DNA from: a virus
Taxonomy: Duplodnaviria > Heunggongvirae > Uroviricota > Caudoviricetes
Virus record (IMG/VR): IMGVR_UViG_3300043467_001216
DNA: 64,000 nucleotides
Direction: 5' to 3' (one strand)
In this document: piece by piece, positions 30,849 through 40,093 of the stretch
How the letters are laid out: every line of letters begins with the position of its first letter
Position numbering within the stretch: position 1 is the first letter of the stretch
The notes under the pieces: generated by a model
Seen by the model: only the letters and a program-made list of their open reading frames with translations
Databases searched by the model: none
Told to the model about the DNA's origin: nothing
Program-made: the position numbers and the translations under genes

Positions 30849-31508
30849 TTATATTTTTTGAATTATAAATTCATTACTACTTTTTAAATAAGGACAATTT
30901 GTTTTTTGTATTAAATCATATTGAATACTACCTATTATCTTATATTCATCGGGATTTAATCCTCTAACAATGTCATTAACCGCACCAAAAACTTCTGGAC
31001 TATACACTTCATCCATATAATCATCAAAAACAATGTAACCATTTTTTTTAACAATTTTTTCATAATTATTAAAATCATTAATTACCGCATTTCTACTATG
31101 GTCACCATCAATAAATAAAATATCGACATTATTTACCTTTTCACTCACTAATTTAACAATTTCATTATTGGTCGAGTCACCTTCAATATATTCATACACA
31201 CAATCATTATGTTTAAATCTATTAACATTATTTATTGGTATTTGTTTATTAATTGGAACACCAATATCTAAACTATATGACTTTTTAACTTTAGGGTTAC
31301 TTGACATTAATGATGCCGAACCACCACCATACGCACCAATTTCAAAGTATGTTACATCATCATGTTCAATTGAATTACAGATGTCATATAAAATATGATA
31401 ATGGTTATGGAATGTTTTACCGTCCATTGTTGAGATAATCTCGTTTAAATTATTTATTGATTCTTCAGTAATTTGAAACTCAAGTTCGTTTAATGTTTTA
31501 TTCATCAT
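30849..31508 (-). CDS. Class I SAM-dependent methyltransferase (Methyltransf_24-like), copy A
   Basis: FEIGAYGGGS, DILFIDGDHS, GYIVFDDY; tandem paralog of 30173..30832. Confidence 0.85.
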   Translation of the reverse strand: MMNKTLNELEFQITEESINNLNEIISTMDGKTFHNHYHILYDICNSIEHDDVTYFEIGAYGGGSASLMSSNPKVKKSYSLDIGVPINKQIPINNVNRFKHNDCVYEYIEGDSTNNEIVKLVSEKVNNVDILFIDGDHSRNAVINDFNNYEKIVKKNGYIVFDDYMDEVYSPEVFGAVNDIVRGLNPDEYKIIGSIQYDLIQKTNCPYLKSSNEFIIQKI

Positions 31509-31526
31509 TTTTATTTTTATTTTTAT

Positions 31527-32231
31527 TTAAGGTTTATGATACCCCTCTTCATCATGTCGACATGTTAATTTATTAATAAAGATACTCTTTAAATTTGACG
31601 ATTGTATCACCATTCGACATCTTTCCCATAAATCCGCATCAGCTGGTAACCCAACAAAGTTATTTAATTCAAATAAATCACGATATCTAAGAGGTATTGT
31701 TTTAAAATTCATACAAACTGAAGAATGTATTAATCCCGCATTTTTGGGGAGAAATTCGTGATATAGTTCAGAACTTTCAATGTTTGGTAAATACGAATGT
31801 TCATACGTTGATTTAGTACAAATCCAATCAGCATTTGTTTCTTCAATACATTTATTAATCTCAAATAAATGATTTGATAACCACCAATCATCGTGGTCTA
31901 AATGACAAATGTATTCATAACCATCGTTTAATGCTGCCTCAACCCCAATATTAGTTGCGTTTATACCCCCATATGACCATAATGCCCATTTATTATCAAT
32001 GTATTTATCTCTTTCTTTTGCATATGGTAAGTTTTTAAAAAATAATCTATCTGAATCGTAAGTTGAAACCAAATCAATAAGTTCAGGTTCATTTTCATAT
32101 TTATCACCAATTAAATATATTTTAAAATCTTGGTGTGTTTGATTAAACACCGAATCTAACGCTGTTTTTAAAAATGATATTGATTTTCCATCACTTCTAT
32201 AATAGGTTGGTATGTTGATAGCTAATTTCAT
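31527..32231 (-). CDS. Glycosyltransferase family 2
   Basis: INIPTY, ALDSVFNQT, ICHLDHDD, ADADLW. Confidence 0.85.
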   Translation of the reverse strand: MKLAINIPTYYRSDGKSISFLKTALDSVFNQTHQDFKIYLIGDKYENEPELIDLVSTYDSDRLFFKNLPYAKERDKYIDNKWALWSYGGINATNIGVEAALNDGYEYICHLDHDDWWLSNHLFEINKCIEETNADWICTKSTYEHSYLPNIESSELYHEFLPKNAGLIHSSVCMNFKTIPLRYRDLFELNNFVGLPADADLWERCRMVIQSSNLKSIFINKLTCRHDEEGYHKP

Positions 32232-32235
32232 ATTT

Positions 32236-32796
32236 TTATTTTTTAATATAATTTAAAAAATCATTTTCTAATTTTATCAGGTTTTTATTTCTATTTTTAA
32301 TTTCTTTTGCGGGAACACCAGCAACAATTTTTAATTCATCAACATCTTTATTAATTAAAGATAAAGCACCCACAGAACTATAATCATTTATTTTAACATT
32401 AGGTAATACTATTGTACCTGACCCAATAATTACATGTTTACCAATATACACATCACCTGATATCACATTAGTAAATTTTTTATCTATAGTTGGGTTTGTC
32501 AAATAATTACCACTATAATCGTCGGTCGAACTATAAATCGAAACTCTGGATGATAGACCTGAAAAATCATTCATAATGACACCCCCATTACCAATTATCG
32601 AACAAAACACCGCAATATGGATGTTGTTTCCTAATTTAATACCACCTTCACCTGCACTAATAACACAAAAATCATCAATCCTAACGTTATCGCCAATTTC
32701 AATATTTTTAGCATTATAAATAGTTGATTTGTCTGAGATTAGAACATTTTTACCAACGTTCTTAAACCCAATTGATTCCACATCTTTAATAAACAT
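32236..32796 (-). CDS. Hexapeptide-repeat sugar O/N-acetyltransferase
   Basis: IEIGDNVRIDDF, IGKHVIIGSGTIVLPNV, AGVPAKEIK. Confidence 0.9.
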   Translation of the reverse strand: MFIKDVESIGFKNVGKNVLISDKSTIYNAKNIEIGDNVRIDDFCVISAGEGGIKLGNNIHIAVFCSIIGNGGVIMNDFSGLSSRVSIYSSTDDYSGNYLTNPTIDKKFTNVISGDVYIGKHVIIGSGTIVLPNVKINDYSSVGALSLINKDVDELKIVAGVPAKEIKNRNKNLIKLENDFLNYIKK

Positions 32797-32798
32797 AA

Positions 32799-33665
32799 TT
32801 AATTAGTTTTATTTCTTAGTATATTACCCTTAATTATTGGAACATGATTTTCATCAACATCAATTCTAGTTACGGTTAATTTTAAGTCACCATTTATTTT
32901 GTCATTACATAAATCAATCAAACTCCTTTTTCTAGAAATTAAAAAACGTAACGATATTCTTTCTTTACTATTTTTAGTTGGTTGTGTCCCATGTAATAAA
33001 CACGAATGCCAAAAATAACACGTACCTACATCACCTGTTAAAACCAATTCTTCAGTTATTTGAGTCCCATTATATATGTAACTTTTATTATCTTCCGATG
33101 TTAAATCGTGTGGAAATGTGTGACATCCTTGGATATGGGTTTTAGGTAAAATGTATAATGGTGCGTCATTTTCACTAACATCATCTAAATAAACATAAAG
33201 TGTGATAAAATCAGTAACTCTATCTTTATAATCTATAATGTCTTGATGGTAATCAATACCGTGAAAATAGGTTATATCTCTATATTCAGGTTTTATAAAA
33301 GCACCTAAATTAGGGATTGCATTCATATGTATTTCTTCTTTAACATATTCAGGTAACCACGATTCAGGTACACCACAAATAACTTTAGGAAACATCATTT
33401 CAAAACCGTCACCTAAAACTTCAGTTATTTCATCTTTTATTTCATCAATAATTAAGTCAATATTTAATTTCTCAGTTAAATTCCTACCAGGTTTTGGATT
33501 TGTCCCCCATCTAACTGTTTGGTTATTAAACTCAGACTCATCTAAAAATAAATTAGGTCCGAAAATCCTATTATTTTTAATAATACTTAAAGACTCTTCG
33601 CATAATTCTTTTGAAATATTTTTTAATTTAAAAAATCCGTTTTCGATAAAAAATTCAGTATTCAT
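32799..33665 (-). CDS. PhyH-family 2OG-Fe(II) dioxygenase
   Basis: YHQD...YVYLDDV....APL.ILPKTH...LLHGT...RISL. Confidence 0.85.
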   Translation of the reverse strand: MNTEFFIENGFFKLKNISKELCEESLSIIKNNRIFGPNLFLDESEFNNQTVRWGTNPKPGRNLTEKLNIDLIIDEIKDEITEVLGDGFEMMFPKVICGVPESWLPEYVKEEIHMNAIPNLGAFIKPEYRDITYFHGIDYHQDIIDYKDRVTDFITLYVYLDDVSENDAPLYILPKTHIQGCHTFPHDLTSEDNKSYIYNGTQITEELVLTGDVGTCYFWHSCLLHGTQPTKNSKERISLRFLISRKRSLIDLCNDKINGDLKLTVTRIDVDENHVPIIKGNILRNKTN

Positions 33666-33666
33666 T
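33633..33666. repeat. 34-bp direct repeat, copy 1 (second copy 34857-34890)
   Basis: aaatccgttttcgataaaaaattcagtattcatt is identical at both sites. Confidence 0.95.
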
Positions 33667-33693
33667 TTATTTATTTATTTATTTATTTATTTA
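33666..33693. repeat. (TTTA)7 microsatellite
   Basis: Seven perfect tetramers abutting the dioxygenase start codon. Confidence 0.9.
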
Positions 33694-33714
33694 TTCCTTT
33701 ATATTAAAACAACA

Positions 33715-34839
33715 TTACCGGTGTAACATTTTATTGTTTATGAAATTAAAAATTTTTTCTTGATTATTATCGTAATCAAAATAGTCTTTAAAATAATCTT
33801 GACATTGATTTGATTTCTTGTTTAAGATTTCAACATCTTCAAATAATAATTTTATAATAGGTATTGAATCTTTATAATCATTTACTATGTAAAATTCATC
33901 ATCAGTTAATGGTTTATATTCGTTTTTTATATTATCAGGGTCAGTAGTTATTAACACACACCCTCTAATTACCGAATCTAAACCTAATGGCCACCCATTA
34001 AATGCTTCTTTTGTTGATAAATTAATATAAATATCAACATTTTTCTCATAAAAATCAAGCAGAGAAATATAATCCATTGGACCATAAGTTGAGTTGTTAT
34101 TACCTATAGTGATAAATCTAACATTATCATTAGGATATAATGATGAATATTCTGAAGATAATAAATGGTACTCAGTTAAACCCTTTTCATTCGCCGGACC
34201 CATACTTGAAAAACAAACAGTGAAGTCTCGGTTATCCCTATTTTTAGATTTGACAAATTTTTCATTTTTACCCATTAATGGGGCAGTCCAAGCATTAATA
34301 AAATTAGTATGGTTATTTAATTCTATTTTTTTAGTTGTTACTGGATGTGTTGAAATTAAATTAACGTCATTAGGTAATCGAGTAACGTCACCAAAAAATC
34401 CCCCACCTGGATATAAATGAATAAATTGTTTATTTATATCATAATTAAACACTTGATTAAAACGGTCATAACACATCAAAAATATATGATAAATAAAATC
34501 ATAAGAACTCAAATCAAAAACATTTTTTTTCGTTATCAAATATGAAAAACCATTATTTGTATTATACTGAGTACCATCCAGATTTGAGTTCCACATATTT
34601 ATAAAGTTATATTTATTATCAAAAATAAGAATATTATAATCTTGCAATAAGCCATCTGAGTTAATAAATTCCCAATCAAAATCGAAGGTAATACCCGCGT
34701 AACTGTTTACTTTACTAACTAAAATGTCAACATCATATTCTTGAATAAAATTTTTTATTTCTACGTTCCTCCATATAGAATATCTGTTTGGGAATAAAAT
34801 ATCAACAATTAATCCTCTATAATTTTTACTCATTTTCAT
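33715..34839 (-). CDS. Putative GT-B glycosyltransferase
   Basis: EKGLTEY, VDIYINLS..EAFNGWPLGLDSVIRGCVLITTD. Confidence 0.6.
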   Translation of the reverse strand: MKMSKNYRGLIVDILFPNRYSIWRNVEIKNFIQEYDVDILVSKVNSYAGITFDFDWEFINSDGLLQDYNILIFDNKYNFINMWNSNLDGTQYNTNNGFSYLITKKNVFDLSSYDFIYHIFLMCYDRFNQVFNYDINKQFIHLYPGGGFFGDVTRLPNDVNLISTHPVTTKKIELNNHTNFINAWTAPLMGKNEKFVKSKNRDNRDFTVCFSSMGPANEKGLTEYHLLSSEYSSLYPNDNVRFITIGNNNSTYGPMDYISLLDFYEKNVDIYINLSTKEAFNGWPLGLDSVIRGCVLITTDPDNIKNEYKPLTDDEFYIVNDYKDSIPIIKLLFEDVEILNKKSNQCQDYFKDYFDYDNNQEKIFNFINNKMLHR

Positions 34840-34856
34840 ATATTTTAAATTTAAAC

Positions 34857-34890
34857 AAATCCGTTTTCGATAAAAAATTCAGTATTCATT
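34857..34890. repeat. 34-bp direct repeat, copy 2: orphan 5' end of the dioxygenase gene (MNTEFFIENGFV*)
   Basis: Identical to 33633-33666. Confidence 0.95.
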
Positions 34891-34895
34891 ATATT

Positions 34896-35606
34896 TTATT
34901 TATTTTTATATGTTAAAACAATATATTCTGACACTTCATTATGTGTCCACAAATTATGAGCCCGATTTAATTTAAAGTTATGATACTCATTATCAACCTG
35001 ATATAAATCCCAAGTTAAGTGTTTAACGTTATTTTTTTTTGTTGCAACCCATTTTAAATCTTTACTTCTCATTTCTGAACACATTAATGAATCTAAAAAT
35101 TTTATGTTTTTTATTATTTTATAATTTTTTTGCTTAATTGTTATAAAATGAACACCGGTGTTTGTGTTTATATAATCTTCGTGTATTGATATTGGTGCTG
35201 GAATCCAACCATTAGAACCTGGAACATTCGGTAAGTTATCCAAACATAATGAGGACGCACAAACACCAACATCTTCATAATCCAAAATTAAATAAATTTC
35301 ATCTAATAATAGTTTAGAATTTGTAACAAGTAAATCACAATCAGAAAATGTTATATATTCGTAGGTTTCAAACAAATTCTCATAATCTTTTTTAATAATA
35401 TCAACTGAGTTGTTGGTGATATTTTTTTCAAAACGAATGTGCCCTATAAGGTTTTGTTTTTTAAAATACGATTCAATCTTATCTGAGTTTTCTGAGAAAT
35501 TCTCAACGATAAAAAAGTCCAAAGGTAAATTTTTTACCGATTCAAAACACTCAACTATATGTTCAAAATTATTGTAACATATAAATACACAAATATGTTT
35601 ATTCAC
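34896..35606 (-). CDS. Putative GT-A glycosyltransferase
   Basis: FIVENFS, ITFSDCDL (DxD), HLTW. Likely start is GTG at 35606 overlapping the DegT stop, not 35681. Confidence 0.6.
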   Translation of the reverse strand: MNKHICVFICYNNFEHIVECFESVKNLPLDFFIVENFSENSDKIESYFKKQNLIGHIRFEKNITNNSVDIIKKDYENLFETYEYITFSDCDLLVTNSKLLLDEIYLILDYEDVGVCASSLCLDNLPNVPGSNGWIPAPISIHEDYINTNTGVHFITIKQKNYKIIKNIKFLDSLMCSEMRSKDLKWVATKKNNVKHLTWDLYQVDNEYHNFKLNRAHNLWTHNEVSEYIVLTYKNK

Positions 35607-36231
35607 CAATGTATATTTTAAATTTAGACAAATCCGGATATGGTAATTCCAAATCCTCATTATGTTTAGGTGTACCATCAAAGTTGTAAAATTGTTTCAT
35701 AAGTAAAACTCCTCTGGCCGCTAACTCAGGCATCATATAAAAATTCCAACCAATCATGTCAAAATGGTCATCGTGATAAGAACATTCTCTTCTCCCACTA
35801 TATCTAGCCCGTTTAAACCACAAATAAGCGTCATAATCATCAGTTAGTATTGCACCACCCTTTGATAATTTAAAGTGTTTATATGGACCCGTGAATGAAA
35901 TACACATATGGGTATTTGGTTTATACATATTATGGGTAAAGGATAATGCCGAATCCCAAACTTTTGTAGGACTTAATTGATACGAACCCTTTAATGTTTT
36001 ACCTTCAACTTGTTTAAATTTAACCTTACCACCAGCGTGAATTATCTCACAAGGAACTGAAGGATAAGTACGACAAGGTATTTCAATTTCAAGACCTTTT
36101 ACTTTTTCATACATTAACGATAAAAACAAGGCGTTACTTTGATTATCAACTGTAACAACATAAGGTGCTCCCGTGTAGTCGGAAAGGTCTTTTTCAAAAT
36201 CTTCGGTTATTTTATAAATCCCGTTTGACAT
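35599..36231 (-). CDS. DegT/DnrJ/EryC1/StrS-family sugar aminotransferase (compact)
   Basis: NALFLSL, TYPSVP..IIHAGG, WDSA, SFTGPYKHFKLSKGGAILTDD, GWNFYM. Confidence 0.85.
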   Translation of the reverse strand: MSNGIYKITEDFEKDLSDYTGAPYVVTVDNQSNALFLSLMYEKVKGLEIEIPCRTYPSVPCEIIHAGGKVKFKQVEGKTLKGSYQLSPTKVWDSALSFTHNMYKPNTHMCISFTGPYKHFKLSKGGAILTDDYDAYLWFKRARYSGRRECSYHDDHFDMIGWNFYMMPELAARGVLLMKQFYNFDGTPKHNEDLELPYPDLSKFKIYIGE

Positions 36232-36374
36232 ATGTTTAATTTATATTAAATAGTTTATTATTTTCATCATTTATCTCACTTAAAATTGTATTAAAATTTT
36301 TTGACATTTCAAAATAAAAAGGGGTTGCCAAATCTTTAAGTTGATGAATATCTATAATTTCAGTTTCGGTTGGT

Positions 36375-36980
36375 TTAGATACCCGTTGAACCGAATCCAT
36401 TTTCTCCTCGTTCTTTTTCGTTTATTTTTGTTTTCTTAACTAAATTAACCCATTTCCCATTAACAACAGGACATAAAACTGCTTGACCTACTTTCATCCC
36501 TTTAGGTATTGTTACTGTGTAATTATTTGTGTTAAATACAATTACTTGAACTTCTCCAACATATCCATTATCAACCGTTCCTGGTGAATTTAAAACCATT
36601 AACCCTTGTTTAAGGGCCAATCCACTTTTTGACCTAACTTGTATTTCATAACCGTCTTTAATGTCAAAAGACAAACCCGTTGGTACTAATACTCTACCAA
36701 ATGCCGGAATTTCCAAATCAGTTGTTGAGTGTAAATCAAAACCAGAATCACTGTCGTAATTGTATTTAGGTTCTACCGCATCAGTATGTGAAACCGTATA
36801 TCCAAGTTCGAGTTTAGGTTGATAATTATTAAAACTTGTTTCAAGTTCTTTTAAATCAACACCCATTTTAGATAACTCAGAATTAATATCTAATTCTTCA
36901 GAATCACTAAATTCATTCCCTAATAATTTTTTAATTTCATCATCAGATAAAAAACTATTTAAATTTCCGTTAAAATCCAC
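36375..36980 (-). CDS. dut: Trimeric dUTPase
   Basis: DSGFDL, RSKSGLA, NSPGTVDNGYVGE, ERGENGFGSTG. Confidence 0.95.
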   Translation of the reverse strand: MDFNGNLNSFLSDDEIKKLLGNEFSDSEELDINSELSKMGVDLKELETSFNNYQPKLELGYTVSHTDAVEPKYNYDSDSGFDLHSTTDLEIPAFGRVLVPTGLSFDIKDGYEIQVRSKSGLALKQGLMVLNSPGTVDNGYVGEVQVIVFNTNNYTVTIPKGMKVGQAVLCPVVNGKWVNLVKKTKINEKERGENGFGSTGI

Positions 36981-37711
36981 TATTCTAATTCTTTTAATTT
37001 TATAATTATATCAATTAATACTCTAACATCACGTTCACAGTATTCGGTGATTTCTTTTAATTTACCATCATTCCAATATGCCGTGTGTACTTTATCACCC
37101 GTAATCTCACCTTCTTTTGGTGAAGGAACACCTAATGAAGTACAAAGTAAATCTAACGAACCTATCGCACTATAAGCACCATATTGCCAAACATCCTTAG
37201 TATCAATGGCCTTAACCTCCCAAGGTTTAGTATCATATGACGGTAACATTGATGAAGGTGCTATCCCATTGATTATCATTCGTTTAGCCAACATTGGAAT
37301 ATCAAAATTCTTTAGATTGTGACCACAAATGTGAAAATCCAATTTATAACATTTATCTAACACTTTTTTACAATTACGTAATAATTCTTTTTCATCATCC
37401 CCCGAAAATGATTGTGATTTAACATCACCATTGTCAGTAACAAACTGAACATTTACACAAACAATTTTTGCAAACTCAGGAACTAATGCGGTTCTTCTAC
37501 TAAAAACCTCATTAATCCTTTTAGTTCGTTCATCAATATTGTTTGGAGGATTAATATGGTCTTCAGGAAATCTTTTCTGAAACCAATCGTAATACTTCAT
37601 AAATTGATTTGCCAATTCAGGTCTTTTTTCAAGACAAGTATCATAATCTTTTTCAATCCCAACAGTCTCAATGTCAAGAAATAAAATTTTTGTTAAAGGT
37701 ATTTTTATCAT
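36980..37711 (-). CDS. PolB-related 3'-5' exonuclease (DEDD)
   Basis: FLDIETV, GHNLKNFDIP, YCERDV. Confidence 0.88.
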   Translation of the reverse strand: MIKIPLTKILFLDIETVGIEKDYDTCLEKRPELANQFMKYYDWFQKRFPEDHINPPNNIDERTKRINEVFSRRTALVPEFAKIVCVNVQFVTDNGDVKSQSFSGDDEKELLRNCKKVLDKCYKLDFHICGHNLKNFDIPMLAKRMIINGIAPSSMLPSYDTKPWEVKAIDTKDVWQYGAYSAIGSLDLLCTSLGVPSPKEGEITGDKVHTAYWNDGKLKEITEYCERDVRVLIDIIIKLKELE

Positions 37712-37713
37712 TT

Positions 37714-38931
37714 TTATTTAATTAACGATTTGTAAAATTCCGCCCTATCCTTAGTCACTTTATTTAAATCATATGTATCTTTCACCGTTTCATACAAACG
37801 ATTACCCATATCCTCAATTAAGTTAGGGTTTTGAACTAATTTTTTTGTAAACTTAGCCCAATCACTATGGTTATTATGTTCATTCACTAATAAAGCATTT
37901 CCATCAACAAAGTTACCATTATTTAATGAATGTTTCAAGTCAATTGTGTATGGACCAACATTAGAAGCTATTAAAGCTTTTTTATAAAATCCCGCTTCAA
38001 TAACTTTAAGTTGTGACTTCATTCTATTAAAGATGTGATTTTTAATAGGTGCTAAAGATATGTCAAATTTAGAATAATTAATAGCATATGTATTAACAGG
38101 TAAAGTCCAAACACGTCGATACGGTAAATCTTGAAAATTTTCATAATCACCCTCCTTGAAGGTATTTAAAAATTTTAAGTATTCCTCGTCAATTATTTTA
38201 TAGTTGTTTGTAAAAATTTTCTCATATTGAACCCAAACGGTTTCTTCAGGTTTAATCGGTCTTTGTTTTTGCTCTCCTGTTTCTCTATTAAGTTCAGTCA
38301 CAGTTCCTCGTGTATCAAATCCACAAATAACGTATTGAACGTCGTCTTTAAGAGATGCGTTTTTATTAACCATACCATCTAATAATTTTAAATCGTGTAG
38401 ATGTGAAGAACCACCTAACCAACCAATTCTAATTCTATCTGATTTAGGTGTTGGTTCATTGAACTGTGGTTCTTTAGGGTTAATAGCGTTAGGGAAAACA
38501 ACTACGTTTTTGTTAAATTTTTTAATTTCTTCAGCAAACACTATTGTTGTGGTTGTCACATAATCAGCAACTTTTAAGTTAGCTACTATTTTTTCGTGTA
38601 ATTTATTAGCTAATATAATACTATGTATTGGGTGTTCTTTTGTTGGTAACCAATAGTCGTCGATATCAACGATAACAACAATCCCCATTGATTGTAAATT
38701 TTTAATTATCAAAGGCGATGAATCATAATCATGCCCGATATTTCTGTGAACGTGAACTATTTGATAATTTTTCCAATAGTTTAAATCATTAATTTTTGGG
38801 TTATAATCAATATCAACGTGAAAATCTTCACCATACATATCTTGCAAAAACGTGTGAGGGTCAACTGAACGGAATTTACCAACACCTGTTGTATCGGATG
38901 GGAGAACTAATACCTTAATTTTTTCTTTCAT
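37714..38931 (-). CDS. GT-B (GT4-like) glycosyltransferase
   Basis: DIDDYW, IGWLGGSSHLHDL, DISLAPI..HIFNRMKSQLKVIEAG..LIASNVGPY. Confidence 0.85.
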   Translation of the reverse strand: MKEKIKVLVLPSDTTGVGKFRSVDPHTFLQDMYGEDFHVDIDYNPKINDLNYWKNYQIVHVHRNIGHDYDSSPLIIKNLQSMGIVVIVDIDDYWLPTKEHPIHSIILANKLHEKIVANLKVADYVTTTTIVFAEEIKKFNKNVVVFPNAINPKEPQFNEPTPKSDRIRIGWLGGSSHLHDLKLLDGMVNKNASLKDDVQYVICGFDTRGTVTELNRETGEQKQRPIKPEETVWVQYEKIFTNNYKIIDEEYLKFLNTFKEGDYENFQDLPYRRVWTLPVNTYAINYSKFDISLAPIKNHIFNRMKSQLKVIEAGFYKKALIASNVGPYTIDLKHSLNNGNFVDGNALLVNEHNNHSDWAKFTKKLVQNPNLIEDMGNRLYETVKDTYDLNKVTKDRAEFYKSLIK

Positions 38932-38992
38932 AAATTTAATTTAATTATCCAAAATAATAATCATTAAATTTGTTAGAATAAAGATATCACAT

Positions 38993-39021
38993 AAAAAAAC
39001 CCTCACTTTTCAGTGAGGGTT
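38993..39021 (-). terminator. Intrinsic terminator (minus strand)
   Basis: aaccctcact-tttc-agtgagggtt with an A-run on the left. Confidence 0.85.
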
Positions 39022-39027
39022 GTTAAG

Positions 39028-39675
39028 TTATTTTACTTTTTTAATTTTGGTTACCTTACCTTCAAATACGTGAGAACCAACTCTAAATGTGAAGACATCG
39101 TTAGCCTTGGAAACTGATTCGGTAATTAAACCATTTTCAGATAATACTTCTCTAACCGCCTCTCTAATCATTGTTTTTAAATCACCTGTAGGTTGGGTAT
39201 ATTGTTCCTGAACGGGTCTTCGTTGTGGTTGTTGTTCTCCTTTAGCATTTGTACCCATTAAACGAGACGCTTTCTCAACCAATTCATTTGAAATTTGAGC
39301 CCCACCTGATAATGGATTGTCAGGTTGATGTATTGGATGTTCAATCATTAATTGTTTAATTGCATCAGGTAATTTTGATGACATAATTCTTTCACTAGGT
39401 GCTGGTGAATATGTTTTAGTTAAGTTTTTTTCGTTCATCGCACTCTCAGATAACAATGGGTAATCAATATCATCATTTTGTATATGTCCCATAGTCATTG
39501 ACTCATTCATATATTCCTGTGGGATATTATAAGTCGCATTAGGTTGATTGTAAGTATCAACTCTTGGTGTTTCATTAATTGTTGTTGGTAAACCACCACG
39601 ACCAATCTCATTATGTTTATTCATAATTTTTTTGGCGTTAACCAACTTCATCATTAAATCATTTTCATTTGTCAT
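39028..39675 (-). CDS. Hypothetical protein, probable internal head protein
   Basis: Multiple INE/MNE/LSE/ITE sites; LKTMIREAVREVLSE. Confidence 0.6.
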   Translation of the reverse strand: MTNENDLMMKLVNAKKIMNKHNEIGRGGLPTTINETPRVDTYNQPNATYNIPQEYMNESMTMGHIQNDDIDYPLLSESAMNEKNLTKTYSPAPSERIMSSKLPDAIKQLMIEHPIHQPDNPLSGGAQISNELVEKASRLMGTNAKGEQQPQRRPVQEQYTQPTGDLKTMIREAVREVLSENGLITESVSKANDVFTFRVGSHVFEGKVTKIKKVK

Positions 39676-39685
39676 ATTTTAAAAA

Positions 39686-40093
39686 TTAAACATTTTCATT
39701 ATTAGGGTTATTATCAAAAATTGCGTTAATTATAACTCTCGTCATACTTTTATCACCTCTAGGGTTATAACCAGGTCTCATTTCATTAAAATCCTCACCC
39801 GTTGGTTTAAATGAAAGTATCTTATCAATTCTAAAAATTCTCCATCCCGGTAATGGTTGTTCTCCTTTGTATCCTGTATGTGAAGCACCTTCATAATCCC
39901 AAGCCCTTAATATTGGGTTATCAGCCTTACTATATCCAAAACAAACAGGTTCAATCTCACGTAATCCTCGACCACCAGGTTCATCACCATCATAGTAAAT
40001 CACTATCTTCTTTCTTTTCTTAATAGCATCAACTATCGAGTCAACTGACGCCACTTCTAAAATAAGAGATTTAAATGTATTGTAAAGTTTCAT
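39686..40093 (-). CDS. Stand-alone WYL-domain protein
   Basis: IVIYY.G.....REIEPVCFG....LRAW...WRIFRIDKI; short leader MKLYNTFKSLILE. Confidence 0.75.
   Translation of the reverse strand: MKLYNTFKSLILEVASVDSIVDAIKKRKKIVIYYDGDEPGGRGLREIEPVCFGYSKADNPILRAWDYEGASHTGYKGEQPLPGWRIFRIDKILSFKPTGEDFNEMRPGYNPRGDKSMTRVIINAIFDNNPNNENV

Noticed and set aside
32799-33665. Dioxygenase as a Skp1-type prolyl hydroxylase or a TET/JBP DNA hydroxylase
   Set aside because: Motifs fit the PhyH family and the context is sugar tailoring; neither specific role can be supported from the sequence.
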